The notes: generated by a model not told the origin, from the letters alone. A stretch of 64,000 bases of DNA from an uncultured Acidobacteriota bacterium (GCA_963796275.1 CAWCKY010000001.1:128001-192000); one strand, 5' to 3'; shown: positions 43,430 through 54,128, counted from the first letter of the stretch. Program-made: numbers and translations.

Positions 43430-44140
43430 TTAAGGGCGAAACGGCGCCTTGTTCGCCCTCCTGGCCTTCTCTTGCCGGGCACGGGCCTCTTCATCCTTCT
43501 TCTTTTGACGTTCGGTTTCTCTTTGGGGAGCCTCTTGCTCATCCAGCCGGATGGATTCGACTATGGCAGCTCGGGCCAATGCATCCAGCCGTTTCGAATA
43601 GATAATCATCCCAAAAGTAGACTGGTAGGTGGCCTGGAAGAGGTTGTACGAGTACTGCGAGTCTTCCCAACGCGCAATCACCTTTTCGCTCCGGTCTGAA
43701 ATGACCTTTTCGCCGTCGCTATAAAATTGGGTCGAAGAGAGGATGATCTCGGCCACAGGCCTGGTGGCAGGTCCATACTTCGCCGAAACAGCTTCGACGA
43801 TGTCCTCAGCTGTCATTCCTGCGATCCTATCCGGATCATAAGTGACGACCATGCGGAAAAGCTCTCCGTTGTAAAAACTGAAAAGGATATCCTTAACCGA
43901 ATCGGATTGAGGCGAAGAGGGGTTAAAGTTGTAAGTTTCCCTGGCCAGTTCCTGAATCACCGCCGGGTGCTGGTGGATCGTGATCGCATCCGACGGCTTC
44001 AAATGTGCTTGTTTTGCTACTACGGGCAGCCTCGCTCCAAATTGAAATTCCCGGTACCTGGAAAGATCTTGTGAATAGATCGAAAGTGTTGAAAACATGG
44101 TCCCCAAAATCGCAATGACGATGATGCGCGCGTTAATCAT
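43430..44140 (-). CDS. Exported hypothetical protein (intact member of a locally triplicated family)
   Basis: Signal peptide, DLSRYREFQFG, FSFYNGELFRMVVTYD, C-terminal coiled coil ending NKAPFRP. Confidence 0.75.
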   Translation of the reverse strand: MINARIIVIAILGTMFSTLSIYSQDLSRYREFQFGARLPVVAKQAHLKPSDAITIHQHPAVIQELARETYNFNPSSPQSDSVKDILFSFYNGELFRMVVTYDPDRIAGMTAEDIVEAVSAKYGPATRPVAEIILSSTQFYSDGEKVISDRSEKVIARWEDSQYSYNLFQATYQSTFGMIIYSKRLDALARAAIVESIRLDEQEAPQRETERQKKKDEEARARQEKARRANKAPFRP

Positions 44141-44267
44141 TTGGTTTCTCCTGAAGGGCTTTTGTTACACGACGATTTAAAGAAGGCCCGCTCACCTCGA
44201 TCCGAGTAAGCACTCCTGTCCCCGGTCAATTGGCGAAACATCGCTTGAGACGACCTGGTTTCCAGTG

Positions 44268-44335
44268 CGAAAAGAAGCCTTGTTTACTGGCCTGGCCTTC
44301 TCTTGCTTGAGCCGGCTCGCTTCATCCTTCTTCTA
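44268..44335 (-). pseudogene. Second short 3' remnant of the 43430-44140 family
   Basis: Minus strand KKDEASRLKQEKARPVNKASFR versus KKDEEARARQEKARRANKAPFR. Confidence 0.6.
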
Positions 44336-44416
44336 TAGCGCTTCTTCTAGCGATTGAAGGCGCGCATCGGGGGCTCAACCGAATGTTGGTCAATAATGGA
44401 GTGTTGGCGTGCTCGC

Positions 44417-44566
44417 TCAACTCACCGCCCGGCGACCGCTAAGCAGGTTGTAGAGCAACACTACCACCGCAATCGCTAGCAGCACGTGAATCAAAGGTCC
44501 GCCGACGCCGCCGACCAGGCCCAGCAACCACAGAAAAACAAGAACAACGAAGATTATCCAAAGCAT
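44417..44566 (-). CDS. lmo0937-family small membrane protein, copy 2
   Basis: MLWIIFVVLVFLWLLGLVGGVGGPLIHVLLAIAVVVLLYNLLSGRR with GGAG RBS. Confidence 0.85.
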   Translation of the reverse strand: MLWIIFVVLVFLWLLGLVGGVGGPLIHVLLAIAVVVLLYNLLSGRRAVS

Positions 44567-44580
44567 AGTCGTCTCCGAAT

Positions 44581-44719
44581 TTTTTTGATTACATCCTCCG
44601 GGTCGGGTGCACTGTAGCCTTCGCCTGAGTTCAAATTGCATTTGAATGATAGGCTGATTCGGAAGAGGTTTCTGTCCAATACAGGACAATGTGACAAGAA
44701 TTATCGCGAGGTTCACAGA
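44581..44719. repeat. ~140-bp duplicated promoter segment (second copy 45576-45710; inverted partial copy 47625-47675)
   Basis: Shared ttttgat.acatc.tccgggtcg..catttgaatgataggctgat..gtcca..ggacaa..aagaattatcgcg. Confidence 0.8.
44673..44688 (-). promoter_or_regulatory. TGTCC-N6-GGACA operator
   Basis: TGTCCAATACAGGACA; on the minus strand 21 nt then TATCAT. Confidence 0.8.
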
Positions 44720-44732
44720 CAGGAGGCGCGCG

Positions 44733-45304
44733 CTAGGCTATCCGAGCCTGGTAAGCAGAAAGCTTCTTTTCTTTGATAATGCGACTCCTCAGTTAGAGGC
44801 GGTTGATCTGCGGTCCTTCTTGCCGAGGTTGAGGGCCAGTTGCATCAGCGTCTTGCCCATTCGTTGATTGCTATCCACCATCATCAAGTTGGCGATGACA
44901 TGCTGTTGATCGGCAATCCGCAATGCCAGGTGCTGCACGAAGCTCTCAAACAACGTGTCCTGGCTTAACCATAGAAAGAACTTGGAACAAGGGATTTGTT
45001 TTAAGCTCGTTTCTTCCATGGCGGTCGCTGTTTCCAGCCGTGAGCCTAACCCGGACAGGCACGGCTCGCCGAAAATATCTCCCTCTGTGTGAATGGCCAG
45101 CAGGCACTCTCTGCCTTCAGGCGAGAGTATCTGCAGTTTGATCTGTCCGCTTTCAATGAAGTAGACCATCTCGTCTTGATCGCCATAGGTGTAAACGTGA
45201 TCGTGTATAGCGATCGTAAAGGCGCGCGAATAGAGGGTCTCGTTCACCAACGAATCGCGCAATCGTTGTTTGAACTGTTTAGCTCGAGGAATCTCTTGGA
45301 TCAT
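44733..45304 (-). pseudogene. Crp/Fnr-family regulator with the HTH apparently deleted
   Basis: cNMP-binding domain (VYFIESGQIKL..SPEGRECLLAI..GDIFGE) and C-helix present. The frame stops at GKKDRRSTASN*; a family-like tail IIKEKKLSAYQARIA* follows 8 nt later out of frame. Confidence 0.7.
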
Positions 45305-45663
45305 GGTCGTGTCTCCGCGCTACTGCTTCTTTACTTGTCCACTGTCATCGGCCAACTCGGCCGATTCCCTTGCTCGACGCGCGCCAACCCGCGCTTGTTG
45401 TGAGTATTCACATCGTCATCAATCTAGGCTTGACCTATTGATGAGAAGCCTGCCTGCGCTCTTTGTCTAACAGCACACTGTTTGTTGCGGCACCCCCGCT
45501 GATGGTCTAGCTCTCCTTCTCTGGTTGATCTTCGCTCAGGCATGACGATCAACGCTACCACCGCAATAAATTGGGTTTTGATCACATCATCCGGGTCGAG
45601 CGTGTTGTTGTCTTAACCCGGCTCCCATTCATTTGAATGATAGGCTGATACGGGAGGAGGTGC

Positions 45664-45679
45664 CGTCCATTATTGGACA
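45664..45679 (-). promoter_or_regulatory. TGTCC-N6-GGACA operator
   Basis: CGTCCATTATTGGACA; on the minus strand 21 nt then TATCAT, facing the truncated crp. Confidence 0.8.
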
Positions 45680-45800
45680 AGGTGGAAAGAATTATCGCGG
45701 AGCCTGCAGAACTCGGAGAACTGAGCGAGGTAAGCAGTGAGCTTCATTGTTGAGTCCTACCTCTTGCTCGCTGTAACGTAGAAGGTTCTTTTCTTTCAAA

Positions 45801-46139
45801 TCACGGGGTGAAGCTGGAAACTGCCGCCGGCTCGGAGTCGAACGTCTCAAATATAGCGGACAGCTTCGTGATGGCTAACAGAGTTTGCAAACGATCACTG
45901 AGATTGAGCAGCTTGAGATGCCCGCTCACCCCCTGCAAAGTTCTATAACAGGAGATGAGCTCACCCAGCCCACTGCTGTCCATGTATGGGACTCTCGCAA
46001 AGTTGACGATTAACTTACGGGCCCCCGCATCGATAGTGGCACTGACCTGTTTTCTAAACTGTGCATTCCCTTCCAGAGCGAGGTTGCCGTCGAGATCCAG
46101 AACTGTGATATCGTTTAATGTACGCTCGATGATTTTCAT
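45801..46139 (-). CDS. STAS-domain anti-sigma-factor antagonist
   Basis: VLDLDGNL, VPYMDSSGLGEL phospho-Ser motif, LKLLNL..LLAITKL..FETF. Confidence 0.9.
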   Translation of the reverse strand: MKIIERTLNDITVLDLDGNLALEGNAQFRKQVSATIDAGARKLIVNFARVPYMDSSGLGELISCYRTLQGVSGHLKLLNLSDRLQTLLAITKLSAIFETFDSEPAAVSSFTP

Positions 46140-46154
46140 CTCTATTCCTTAGGT

Positions 46155-46904
46155 TTACTCTATAGCTTTGCGCGAAGAATAGCGCCAAAGGGTAATCGGG
46201 AAAGCCCACGCTGCGACTGGCGCAGTGACTTTGTTCTTCGTCAACACCTCTTTGGCCGTCACGCCTTCGCCATACACGTCTCGCATATAATCTTTCTCCA
46301 GCTTAATAACCACGCCCCCGAGTTCAAGCCCTGCAACTAGTTCCTCGCTGCGCGAGTAAGCTAGGACCTGCGCATTGAGCTTCAGATCAGTTGAAGCCCC
46401 GGCATGCTGGGCGATTGGTCCGGCAGCCACTGAAACGTCTCCACCTACTGTGAACTGGCCTGACAGGAGATTGTTCAACCCATCTTCATTCATGAACAGC
46501 ATCACGAAATCCGTTGACCGGGCGCCGACCTGTAGACCGGAGGTGCCGCCACCCAAATTGAAAAAGGCCGGGGCGCTCCAAGCCTGTGCTGTGCGACAAC
46601 TAACCACACCGCGACCTCCTCGTCCGCCAAAAACAAACTCTGCGTTGAAGACAGAAGGGAAGACCGCGACACACACAGCGCTATCCAACAAATCTAGGGG
46701 AATCGATTTGTCTGGCATGCTCATAATCTCGCGAAAAACGTGTGCCGCCTTTCCTGATTGCTTGGTCCCATCCTGGAGATTATTCCCGACCTGCCCCTGC
46801 GCTACCGTGCTCACAGCCAGCGCCAAGCAAAATACCCCTACCATGTGCCTGAGGCCAGTCGCTGACTGGCGATCAAAACCTGAGTTTTCGGAGAATCTCA
46901 TCAT
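46155..46904 (-). CDS. SYLF/Ysc84 lipid-binding domain protein
   Basis: IPLDLL..AVCVAVFP, FVFGGRGGRGVVSCR..WSAPAF, GLQVGARSTDFV, GGDVSVAAGP and YSRS. Confidence 0.85.
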   Translation of the reverse strand: MMRFSENSGFDRQSATGLRHMVGVFCLALAVSTVAQGQVGNNLQDGTKQSGKAAHVFREIMSMPDKSIPLDLLDSAVCVAVFPSVFNAEFVFGGRGGRGVVSCRTAQAWSAPAFFNLGGGTSGLQVGARSTDFVMLFMNEDGLNNLLSGQFTVGGDVSVAAGPIAQHAGASTDLKLNAQVLAYSRSEELVAGLELGGVVIKLEKDYMRDVYGEGVTAKEVLTKNKVTAPVAAWAFPITLWRYSSRKAIE

Positions 46905-47345
46905 TATTGCTTCTCTCCTCGTCTGTTGCCCGAAGCTGTTCCCGGTACACCTGATTAGGTGTGGCCGACTCTCGCTTGAGGTTTTCCAAATGACCTTGGA
47001 GCTGGTCGTCAAGAGGGTAGATGATTTGAATATGGTTATCTTTCACAACTGGCGATTGTAATGACTGTGTCTGCTTGTCGTGTTTTTTCCATACCCGATC
47101 GAAGGTCTCGATCCAGAGCCCACTAGGACTGCTAGAGAGATGCTGTTTTCAGATGGGAGCTCAGGTACCGTATCACAGAGGTCATCCGCTACTTTCAGCA
47201 TCTCAGGCTGAGCCTCGAACCGATCCAATTCCTGTTTGAAATTAAGCTTGAATCGATCCCAATCCAGCTTCTCAGCAGCACCAAAACCGAAGAACTCACC
47301 TAGCTTACAAATAATAGCGGAGGAACGGAGATTCCTTTGCACCAA

Positions 47346-47545
47346 CTCGGCAAGATCGAACTTCTAGACTGCAACATCCTCTTTGGTTCTTCGCCCCTGC
47401 GGTGGAGCCAGAGCGGGTTGTGTTCAATCTTATCGTTCTTATCGTTGGGTACGTATCACGCTCCTTTTAAACTCTTAAATTCCACATTGAAGATCGGCCA
47501 GCCCGGAATAAATTGCTGTCCAATAATGGACAAACCTAAAAGAAA
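47346..47545. repeat. ~190-bp duplicated promoter/leader segment, copy B
   Basis: Aligns with 29676-29865; has an extra ttatcgttc microduplication. Confidence 0.85.
47517..47532 (-). promoter_or_regulatory. TGTCC-N6-GGACA operator
   Basis: TGTCCAATAATGGACA; on the minus strand 21 nt then GATCTT. Confidence 0.75.
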
Positions 47546-47624
47546 CTCCGCGGCTTCGCCTTTAAGCGATGTCCGGCAAGCAGACGATCTCCTTCCGACA
47601 CCTGATGCCAATTCTTTTAAACAT

Positions 47625-47640
47625 CGTCCAATATTGGACG
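47625..47640 (+). promoter_or_regulatory. TGTCC-N6-GGACA-type operator (perfect palindrome)
   Basis: CGTCCAATATTGGACG; on the plus strand 21 nt then CATCAT-tcaaatg, facing UPF0182. Confidence 0.8.
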
Positions 47641-47762
47641 GAAACTTCTACTGAATCGGCCCATCATTCAAATGGCCCATGATCGCCTGAGCGATAGCTC
47701 AAGTGTGGTTGCGAAGCGTACGGGTAAGGATAACCGAGGCGGATATGGGCCAAGGAGGGCGT

Positions 47763-50652
47763 ATGCCAAAAAAAGAACTATTTGACGAGCCTCTCATTAC
47801 CGAAAAAGAACTTTTTGACGAACCTCACACAACCAGATCGGAAATCCGGCGAGAGCGCACATCGCCAAGATTCCCCCGATGGTTGCTGGTCGTTGCCGCC
47901 GTGGTGTTAATTACCATCATAGCCTGGCCTGTCTGGGCCAATTTCTATACCGACTGGCTCTGGTTCCAGGACCTTGGTTACCAGACGGTCTTCTCGACAA
48001 TGTTGGTGACAAAAGTGACGCTAGGTCTCATTACCAGCCTGATTGCGGCTTCACTCATTTGGCTCAACTTCAGATGGGCGTTGCGCCCGAGACCTGAGTC
48101 GCTGCACATCGACGAAACAGGCGGGCGCTCCTTCAACAACGAATGGCATCAGGCGCTTGCTTCGGACTTTGCCCGATTAGGCGAGCGGTTAATAAGGCGG
48201 CTAGCGCTCACTGCCGCGCTGGCGACCGGTGCATTCGCGGGATTGCTCGCCTGGGGCGCATGGGATATCTGGCTGCGCTACCGCTACCAGGCGCCGTTCG
48301 GCGAGGTCGATCCGATCTTCGGGCGTGACATCGCCTTCTACTTCTTTACCCTTCCGGCGCTCGAGGCCCTCGCCAGTCTGTTACTCATGCTGGTGATGGT
48401 CGCACTGCTGGGAGCAGCGTTGATCTATGGGGTGGTCGGGGTCGTGCGCGGAGCCATACTCGGACCGGATACTTTTAGCAAACTGCGTCAGTTAGCCCTT
48501 GGGCGCGGGCCGCGCGCTCACTTGCTGTGCCTGGTGGCAGCCTTGTTTCTAGTGCTTGCCTGGCGCGCTTATTTGGGGATTCCGAACCTGCTCTTCTCAA
48601 CGGACGGGCTGGTGGCCGGCGCCGGCTACACCGACATCAATGCCACTTTGCCACTGCTCTATCTGTTGGTCGGCGCTTCGGTGCTGGTCGCCGGCATGGC
48701 AGCTGCGAGTATGTTTCGTACCAAGAACGGCCTACTCTTGGCGGGAGTGAGTCTCTACCTGCTCGTGCTCGTTGCCGGTTGGCTGTGTCCAGCCATCGTG
48801 CAGCGTTTCTCAGTCGGGCCAAACGAGCTGGCGAAGGAGACGCCCTACATCATCCATAACATCGCCGCGACGCGCAAAGGATTCGGGATTGACCAAGTGG
48901 AGGAACGCGAGTTGCCGGGTGAAACCGCGCTCACCGCCCAGGACATTCAGGAGAACCAGCGAACGATCAATAACATCCGTCTCTGGGATCACCGACCGTT
49001 GCTCGAAACCTTCTCCCAGATTCAGGAGATTCGCACCTACTACGATTTTGAGTCAGTGGACAATGACCGTTACCGCATCAACGGCGAGTTGCAGCAGATC
49101 ATGCTCTCACCGCGCGAGCTGTCATCGGCGAGCCTGCCCAACCGCAACTGGATCAATGAACACCTGACCTTCACCCACGGCTTCGGCTTGACACTCGGTC
49201 CGGTCAATCAAGTGCTGCCGGAAGGCTTGCCAGTGCTCTTCGTCAAAAACATTCCGCCAGCCTCATCGATCCCTTCGCTCAAGGTTGATCGTCCGGAAAT
49301 CTACTTCGGTGAATTGTCGAATGATCGAGTTTACGTCAAGACCAAGGCCAGGGAATTCAATTATCCGGCGGGCGAAGATAATGTCTTCGCCAACTACGAG
49401 GGGGAGAGAGGCGTCTCCATCGGCTCGATGTGGCGGCAGGTGCTGTTTGCCACCAGGTTTAGCGATCTGAAGCTGCTGCTCTCAAATGATCTGACACCGG
49501 AGAGCCGTGTACTTTACCATCGCAACATCAAAGAGCGTCTCGCTCAGGTGGCTCCGTTCCTGCGCTTCGACAGCGATCCCTACATGGTCATTTCCGAAGG
49601 GCGGCTCTTCTGGATCGCCGACGCTTACACGGTGAGCGGTCGCTACCCTTATTCGCAACCGGTCAGCGGCATCAATTACATCCGCAATTCAGTCAAGGCA
49701 GTCGTGGACGCTTACCACGGCCACATCTGGCTCTACATCGCTGACGAGCGTGATCCGCTGATTCAAACCTGGGCGCGCATCTTCCCCGACATTCTGAAGC
49801 CGCTCAGTGAAATGCCCGCCGACCTGCGCGCTCATCTTCGCTATCCGGAGGATATTTTCAAGATTCAAACGGCGGCCTACTCGACCTATCACATGGATCA
49901 GCCGCAGGTCTTCTACAACAAAGAAGACCAGTGGTCTGTCGTTTCAATGTCCGAGAAGCAGGGTGAGACCGGATCGCAGGTGATGGAGCCTTACTACACG
50001 ATTATGAAACTGCCCAGCGGGCAAGCTGAGGAATTTATGTTACTGCTGCCGTTCACACCAAAGGGGAAAGACAACCTCGCGGGCATGGATGGTGGCACGC
50101 GCGGACGGCGAGCATTATGGCCGTCTGCTGGTTTACCGATTCCCCAAACAGAAACTGATCTATGGACCCAAGCAGATCGAGGCGCGCATCAACCAGGACC
50201 CGGAGATCTCGCGTCAGCTATCGCTCTGGAACCAACGCGGCTCAAAGGTCATCTTAGGAACCCTGCTGGTGATCCCGATCAAGGAATCGCTCATCTATGT
50301 GCAGCCGCTCTATCTACGGGCGGAGTTCGGCAAGATTCCTGAGCTCAAGCGCGTGATTGTGGCCACTGAGAATCGCATTGCGATGGAATCAACGCTCGAA
50401 GCCGGCCTGGCACGGATATTCGGGAATGCGCCGTCCGCGGCCGCAGAACTTGGGCAAACACCTGGGCTAACATCGCGCGTGGGCGAAACACCTGCTGCCC
50501 AACCAGAGGCGGACGCTCAGAACCTGGCGGCACAGGCCAGGCAGCACTACGACCGCGCACTAAAGGCGCAGCGCGAAAGCGACTGGACACTCTATGGCGA
50601 GGAGATCAAGCGGCTCGGCGCAGTGCTTGAGCAAATGTCGAAGCAGAAGTAA
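47763..50652 (+). CDS. UPF0182 family membrane protein, one frameshift near 50080
   Basis: [76 protein letters not shown]. aacctcgcgggcatggatg has one extra G relative to NLAAWMVAR. Confidence 0.9.
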
Positions 50653-50782
50653 ACGCGGTCAACGCATCAGAGACCGCCAGTGCGGATATCCCGCTGCATG
50701 GGAGGCCAGCCGATCCAGTCGAGCTTGTTTATCGGGAGCCGCATGAGACACAGATTCGGACACCGACACAAAAGGAGCAACC

Positions 50783-51049
50783 ATGCATACAGAGAAAGTG
50801 ATGACCGACATCGAGCGCGAACAGCTCGCGCAGATCGCAGGCAGGAAAGCGGCAAAGAGTCGCGGCCAGTCGGCGGTGACTATAACGCTGCTGACTAAGA
50901 AGCTGGCGTCCACACGCGAAGCGCTTGAGGACGCAAACGCGGCCCAGATACAGCTCTCGAAAGAGCTGGATAGGGTGCGGGAGCAGATCGCGGAGCTTGA
51001 ATGCGTCATGGAACTTGCCACCGAATGGGCTGCAAGGCGCCCGGTATGA
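50783..51049 (+). CDS. Small coiled-coil hypothetical protein
   Basis: AAGGAG RBS, 88 aa with heptad pattern; family not recognised. Confidence 0.45.
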   Translation: MHTEKVMTDIEREQLAQIAGRKAAKSRGQSAVTITLLTKKLASTREALEDANAAQIQLSKELDRVREQIAELECVMELATEWAARRPV

Positions 51050-51655
51050 TCTGTTATGGCTGTCAGCTGAACCGGATGGGGAAAGAAACTTTGCCGATGA
51101 GCGAGGGAAACTGACGCTCAAGATGTAAAGAAGCCGGCCGGAAGGGGCTATCTGCCCGGCTTGCTATTTGGTGGCGAAACTTCCGCCTGTATAGCGGGTG
51201 TTCTGTCCATCTCCCATTCAACCTTGCTAGGCGCGACAGCCTCTTCTTCGACCAATCCCGCCAACTCTCTCAAGCGGGCATAGATAGCGAATATCGCAAA
51301 GCGCGTTACCTCACAATTTGAGCGCGCACCTTTAAGTCAACGACGATCCATCCCATTTATGATCGGGGTCGGGATAAAAAGTGATGCTCACTGCCTGGCC
51401 GCCTAAAAATATCCCCACCAGCCAACCTCCAGGCACTTTCGCGCGATAGAAACTTGCTTTACTGCCATCGCTGAACCTTGCTTTTATTTCACCCCAATTA
51501 AGCATACGCCTCCTGATTACGGTTAATGAGCTTGTTGTGCGGAATGCGCCGCAACTGCTAAAGCAAAGCTGGTTGAAATCAAGATGAAATCAACTGGCCC
51601 GTTTAGCATATCAGCTTTGCTGCACCGCGAGCTAATAATCCTCTTGCCGAATAGA

Positions 51656-51690
51656 GTCCAGGATAATCACATTTAGTGACTATCCTGGAC
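51656..51690. other. 15-bp inverted repeat (14/15 match)
   Basis: gtccaggataatcac-attta-gtgactatcctggac in a long intergenic region. Confidence 0.5.
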
Positions 51691-52124
51691 CTTGTAACAT
51701 ACTATTGGCCGAGAACCCTCAGCGCTGAGTGATGCCGTATCTCAACAACGTGAGTAGACTCGCTAGTCTCAACGATAAGCAACGTGGGATACCGTTTGAC
51801 GCTCCATCGCGCTTTTAGACAGGTTACTCCTTGCGCGAATAAGCCCCGTTTCAGCGCGGGACTTGAATGTCTCGCGCCCGGTACTGTTTCCAGTCGTCCA
51901 TATTTTAGATAGGAAATATTCGTCCCCATACCGGTGAAAGACTAGCGATGATTCATCTGGTGTCTTGCCGACTCTAGCGCCGAACAGCGGTTATTTCTAG
52001 ACCACCCTTGACAGTATGACCGCGGCTGCATATTTTCGGTGCGAGTGAAATCTTTACAATCCCGGTCTGAGCTTGCTTTGCAGACTTTCTCGATCCACTG
52101 AAACAGTTGGAACAAAGGAAGACT

Positions 52125-54128
52125 ATGCCATTTACCCGTAGGAAGTTTCTCGCCCTGAGCGGGGCAAGTGCCGGCCTGAGCCTTTTGCCCTTTCCCGCAA
52201 TTTCTCAATCGTTGGACGATCTTCGACATGGCGCGCTCGTCTGGCCTCTTCACCAGGCGCTGCCGACATTTCCGCGGCCGTATGATCTGGAGGCGGCGGA
52301 TCTGTCCGCGCTTTCAGGCGATCAGCAGAGTCTGCTCGTCACGATGCAGGGTATTGTGAACCGCCGGCGTCCGAGGCTCTATTTTTATGGGGGAGCGGAT
52401 ACTACGAACCAGGGCTGGTTGCCGAACCTGCACGTTCCATACCGAAATAATTCTGATCCGTGGTCCTTGATCGAACGATATCGCCCGGAGATCAGGGGAG
52501 CGGTCGTTTACGATCCCAATCTGCCGGATACCGTGAATCTGGCTACGAATCTCGCTGGCCTGAAGGACGGCGTGATTGCGACGGCGGAGTTGGCGAGTAG
52601 TCTGAACCTGCGCGTGCTGGAGGATTTGCGCGGGCGCTTCAGCAATAAGCTCGATGCATACAACTGGGCGCTGGGCAACCTGTGGCCGAAGATGACGAAC
52701 CGGATGCTGACGGCGATCAGTCCGACAAACAGAGTTTCTCTGCCGAATGTGCAGTGGACGACATTGCTGAGAGCGGCGAGCCGGGTGAGAGATGCTTCAA
52801 ACAGGGCTGTTTACACGGCTGATCTATCCGCGTTTCTCGGCGGCGATGCCGTCTATGTAAGGTATCAGGATGCGTTTACGAATGATGGATGGGGGCCGTC
52901 GGTCTCGCAGGTTACGGTGATAGCAGACGGCAATGTGATTGCGTCATTTCAGCCGGCGAGCGCCGGAGAGAGTCCATATCTCTTCGACGCGGACAGCTCG
53001 CAGACCACATCGGGCTGGCGGTTCGCTGACGGGAATAACTATTTCATCTACAAGTTTGTGCCTCCGGCGGGGACGAATCAACTGTTGCTGCAGACAGAGA
53101 TGTGGAACGAGTTTTTTTTGACTGCGACGAATACGGCTCCCAGCGTGCAGGAGGCAAACCCGCTCTTCCGCGATTATATCGTCGCGGTGAATGCGCCGGT
53201 TTTCTGGCTGGACCCCGAGAATGCCGATGAGGCTGCGCTGTTCGCAGAGATTCTGAAGACAGTGCAACCGGATTCGCCTTATCTCGGTTGGTTTCCGCAA
53301 GGGCATGAGATGACGGGCGTGACCCTCTGCGCGGAGAATAGTGCGCCGGTGGTGGCGGCGGATTTTTTCTATAACGGGAGTGTCTTCAGTGGGGCGAGAG
53401 GCAGGGTGAAGGCGAGCCAGCCGCGTGTGCGCGCGCCGAAGCTGGAGAACAAGATTTACCTGACGATGACGATGGTGGAGGGTGACAATATCCAGTACAA
53501 CCAGCATCGCATGCGGTCGATATGGGATGATGCTGAACGAGGGCAGGTTCCCATAAACTGGAGCATCAGTGTGCTGCTCCTCGATATTGCGCCGACGATG
53601 CTGGAATATTTCCAGCAAACACAGACAGCCAACGACCTGCTGGTTGCCGGCCCTTCGGGCGCAGGTTATACCTATCCGGCAAAATGGCCGCAGGACGATT
53701 TGATAGGATTTATACGGCGCAGCGGGCGATATATGCTGCGGACGGGAATGGATGTGCTCTTTGCCTACAACCGCGATGGAAGCAGCGATCTTCCGCTCAG
53801 CGAGGGCATTGCCGATCTGTATAAACGCCATGTCCACGATCTGCTCGGCATCTTTCTCAACTATCAATCGCAGAGCCAGATTTCGATGATCGATGGGCTG
53901 CCGGTGGCGACGCTGATGGGTGTCAACGACCTGGCGAGCGGACAGAGCCAGCTTGCCAACGTGAGCCAGGAGTGGGATGGCCAGAGCCCGTTGTTTGTGG
54001 CGGCGGGGCTTTTAGCGTGGAATTTAACGCCGGCGGATGCAAATACACTGGCGAACTCGCTGGGCTCGGAGTTCGAGATCGTGCGCGGCGATGTATTCTT
54101 CAAGCTATACCGTGAGTGGGCTGCTTGA
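52125..54128 (+). CDS. Tat-exported GxGYxYP-family putative glycoside hydrolase
   Basis: TRRKFL Tat motif; TMQGIVNRRRPRLY; MVEGDNIQY; RGQVPINWSIS; GPSGAGYTYP. Confidence 0.85.
   Translation: MPFTRRKFLALSGASAGLSLLPFPAISQSLDDLRHGALVWPLHQALPTFPRPYDLEAADLSALSGDQQSLLVTMQGIVNRRRPRLYFYGGADTTNQGWLPNLHVPYRNNSDPWSLIERYRPEIRGAVVYDPNLPDTVNLATNLAGLKDGVIATAELASSLNLRVLEDLRGRFSNKLDAYNWALGNLWPKMTNRMLTAISPTNRVSLPNVQWTTLLRAASRVRDASNRAVYTADLSAFLGGDAVYVRYQDAFTNDGWGPSVSQVTVIADGNVIASFQPASAGESPYLFDADSSQTTSGWRFADGNNYFIYKFVPPAGTNQLLLQTEMWNEFFLTATNTAPSVQEANPLFRDYIVAVNAPVFWLDPENADEAALFAEILKTVQPDSPYLGWFPQGHEMTGVTLCAENSAPVVAADFFYNGSVFSGARGRVKASQPRVRAPKLENKIYLTMTMVEGDNIQYNQHRMRSIWDDAERGQVPINWSISVLLLDIAPTMLEYFQQTQTANDLLVAGPSGAGYTYPAKWPQDDLIGFIRRSGRYMLRTGMDVLFAYNRDGSSDLPLSEGIADLYKRHVHDLLGIFLNYQSQSQISMIDGLPVATLMGVNDLASGQSQLANVSQEWDGQSPLFVAAGLLAWNLTPADANTLANSLGSEFEIVRGDVFFKLYREWAA

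Noticed and set aside
44386-44402. Possible ninth operator (tggtcaataatggagt)
   Set aside because: Too many mismatches and no -10 at the expected spacing.
47043-47345. 100-aa minus-strand ORF between a promoter and the SYLF gene
   Set aside because: No RBS or family recognised; may be an inserted foreign fragment.
47769-47834. 33-bp tandem duplication (KKELFDEP / EKELFDEP) at the UPF0182 N-terminus
   Set aside because: Simple local duplication in a likely disordered tail.
50070-50095. Programmed frameshift in UPF0182 (and at ~7585)
   Set aside because: No slippery heptamer seen; a single-base indel from sequencing error or mutation is simpler.
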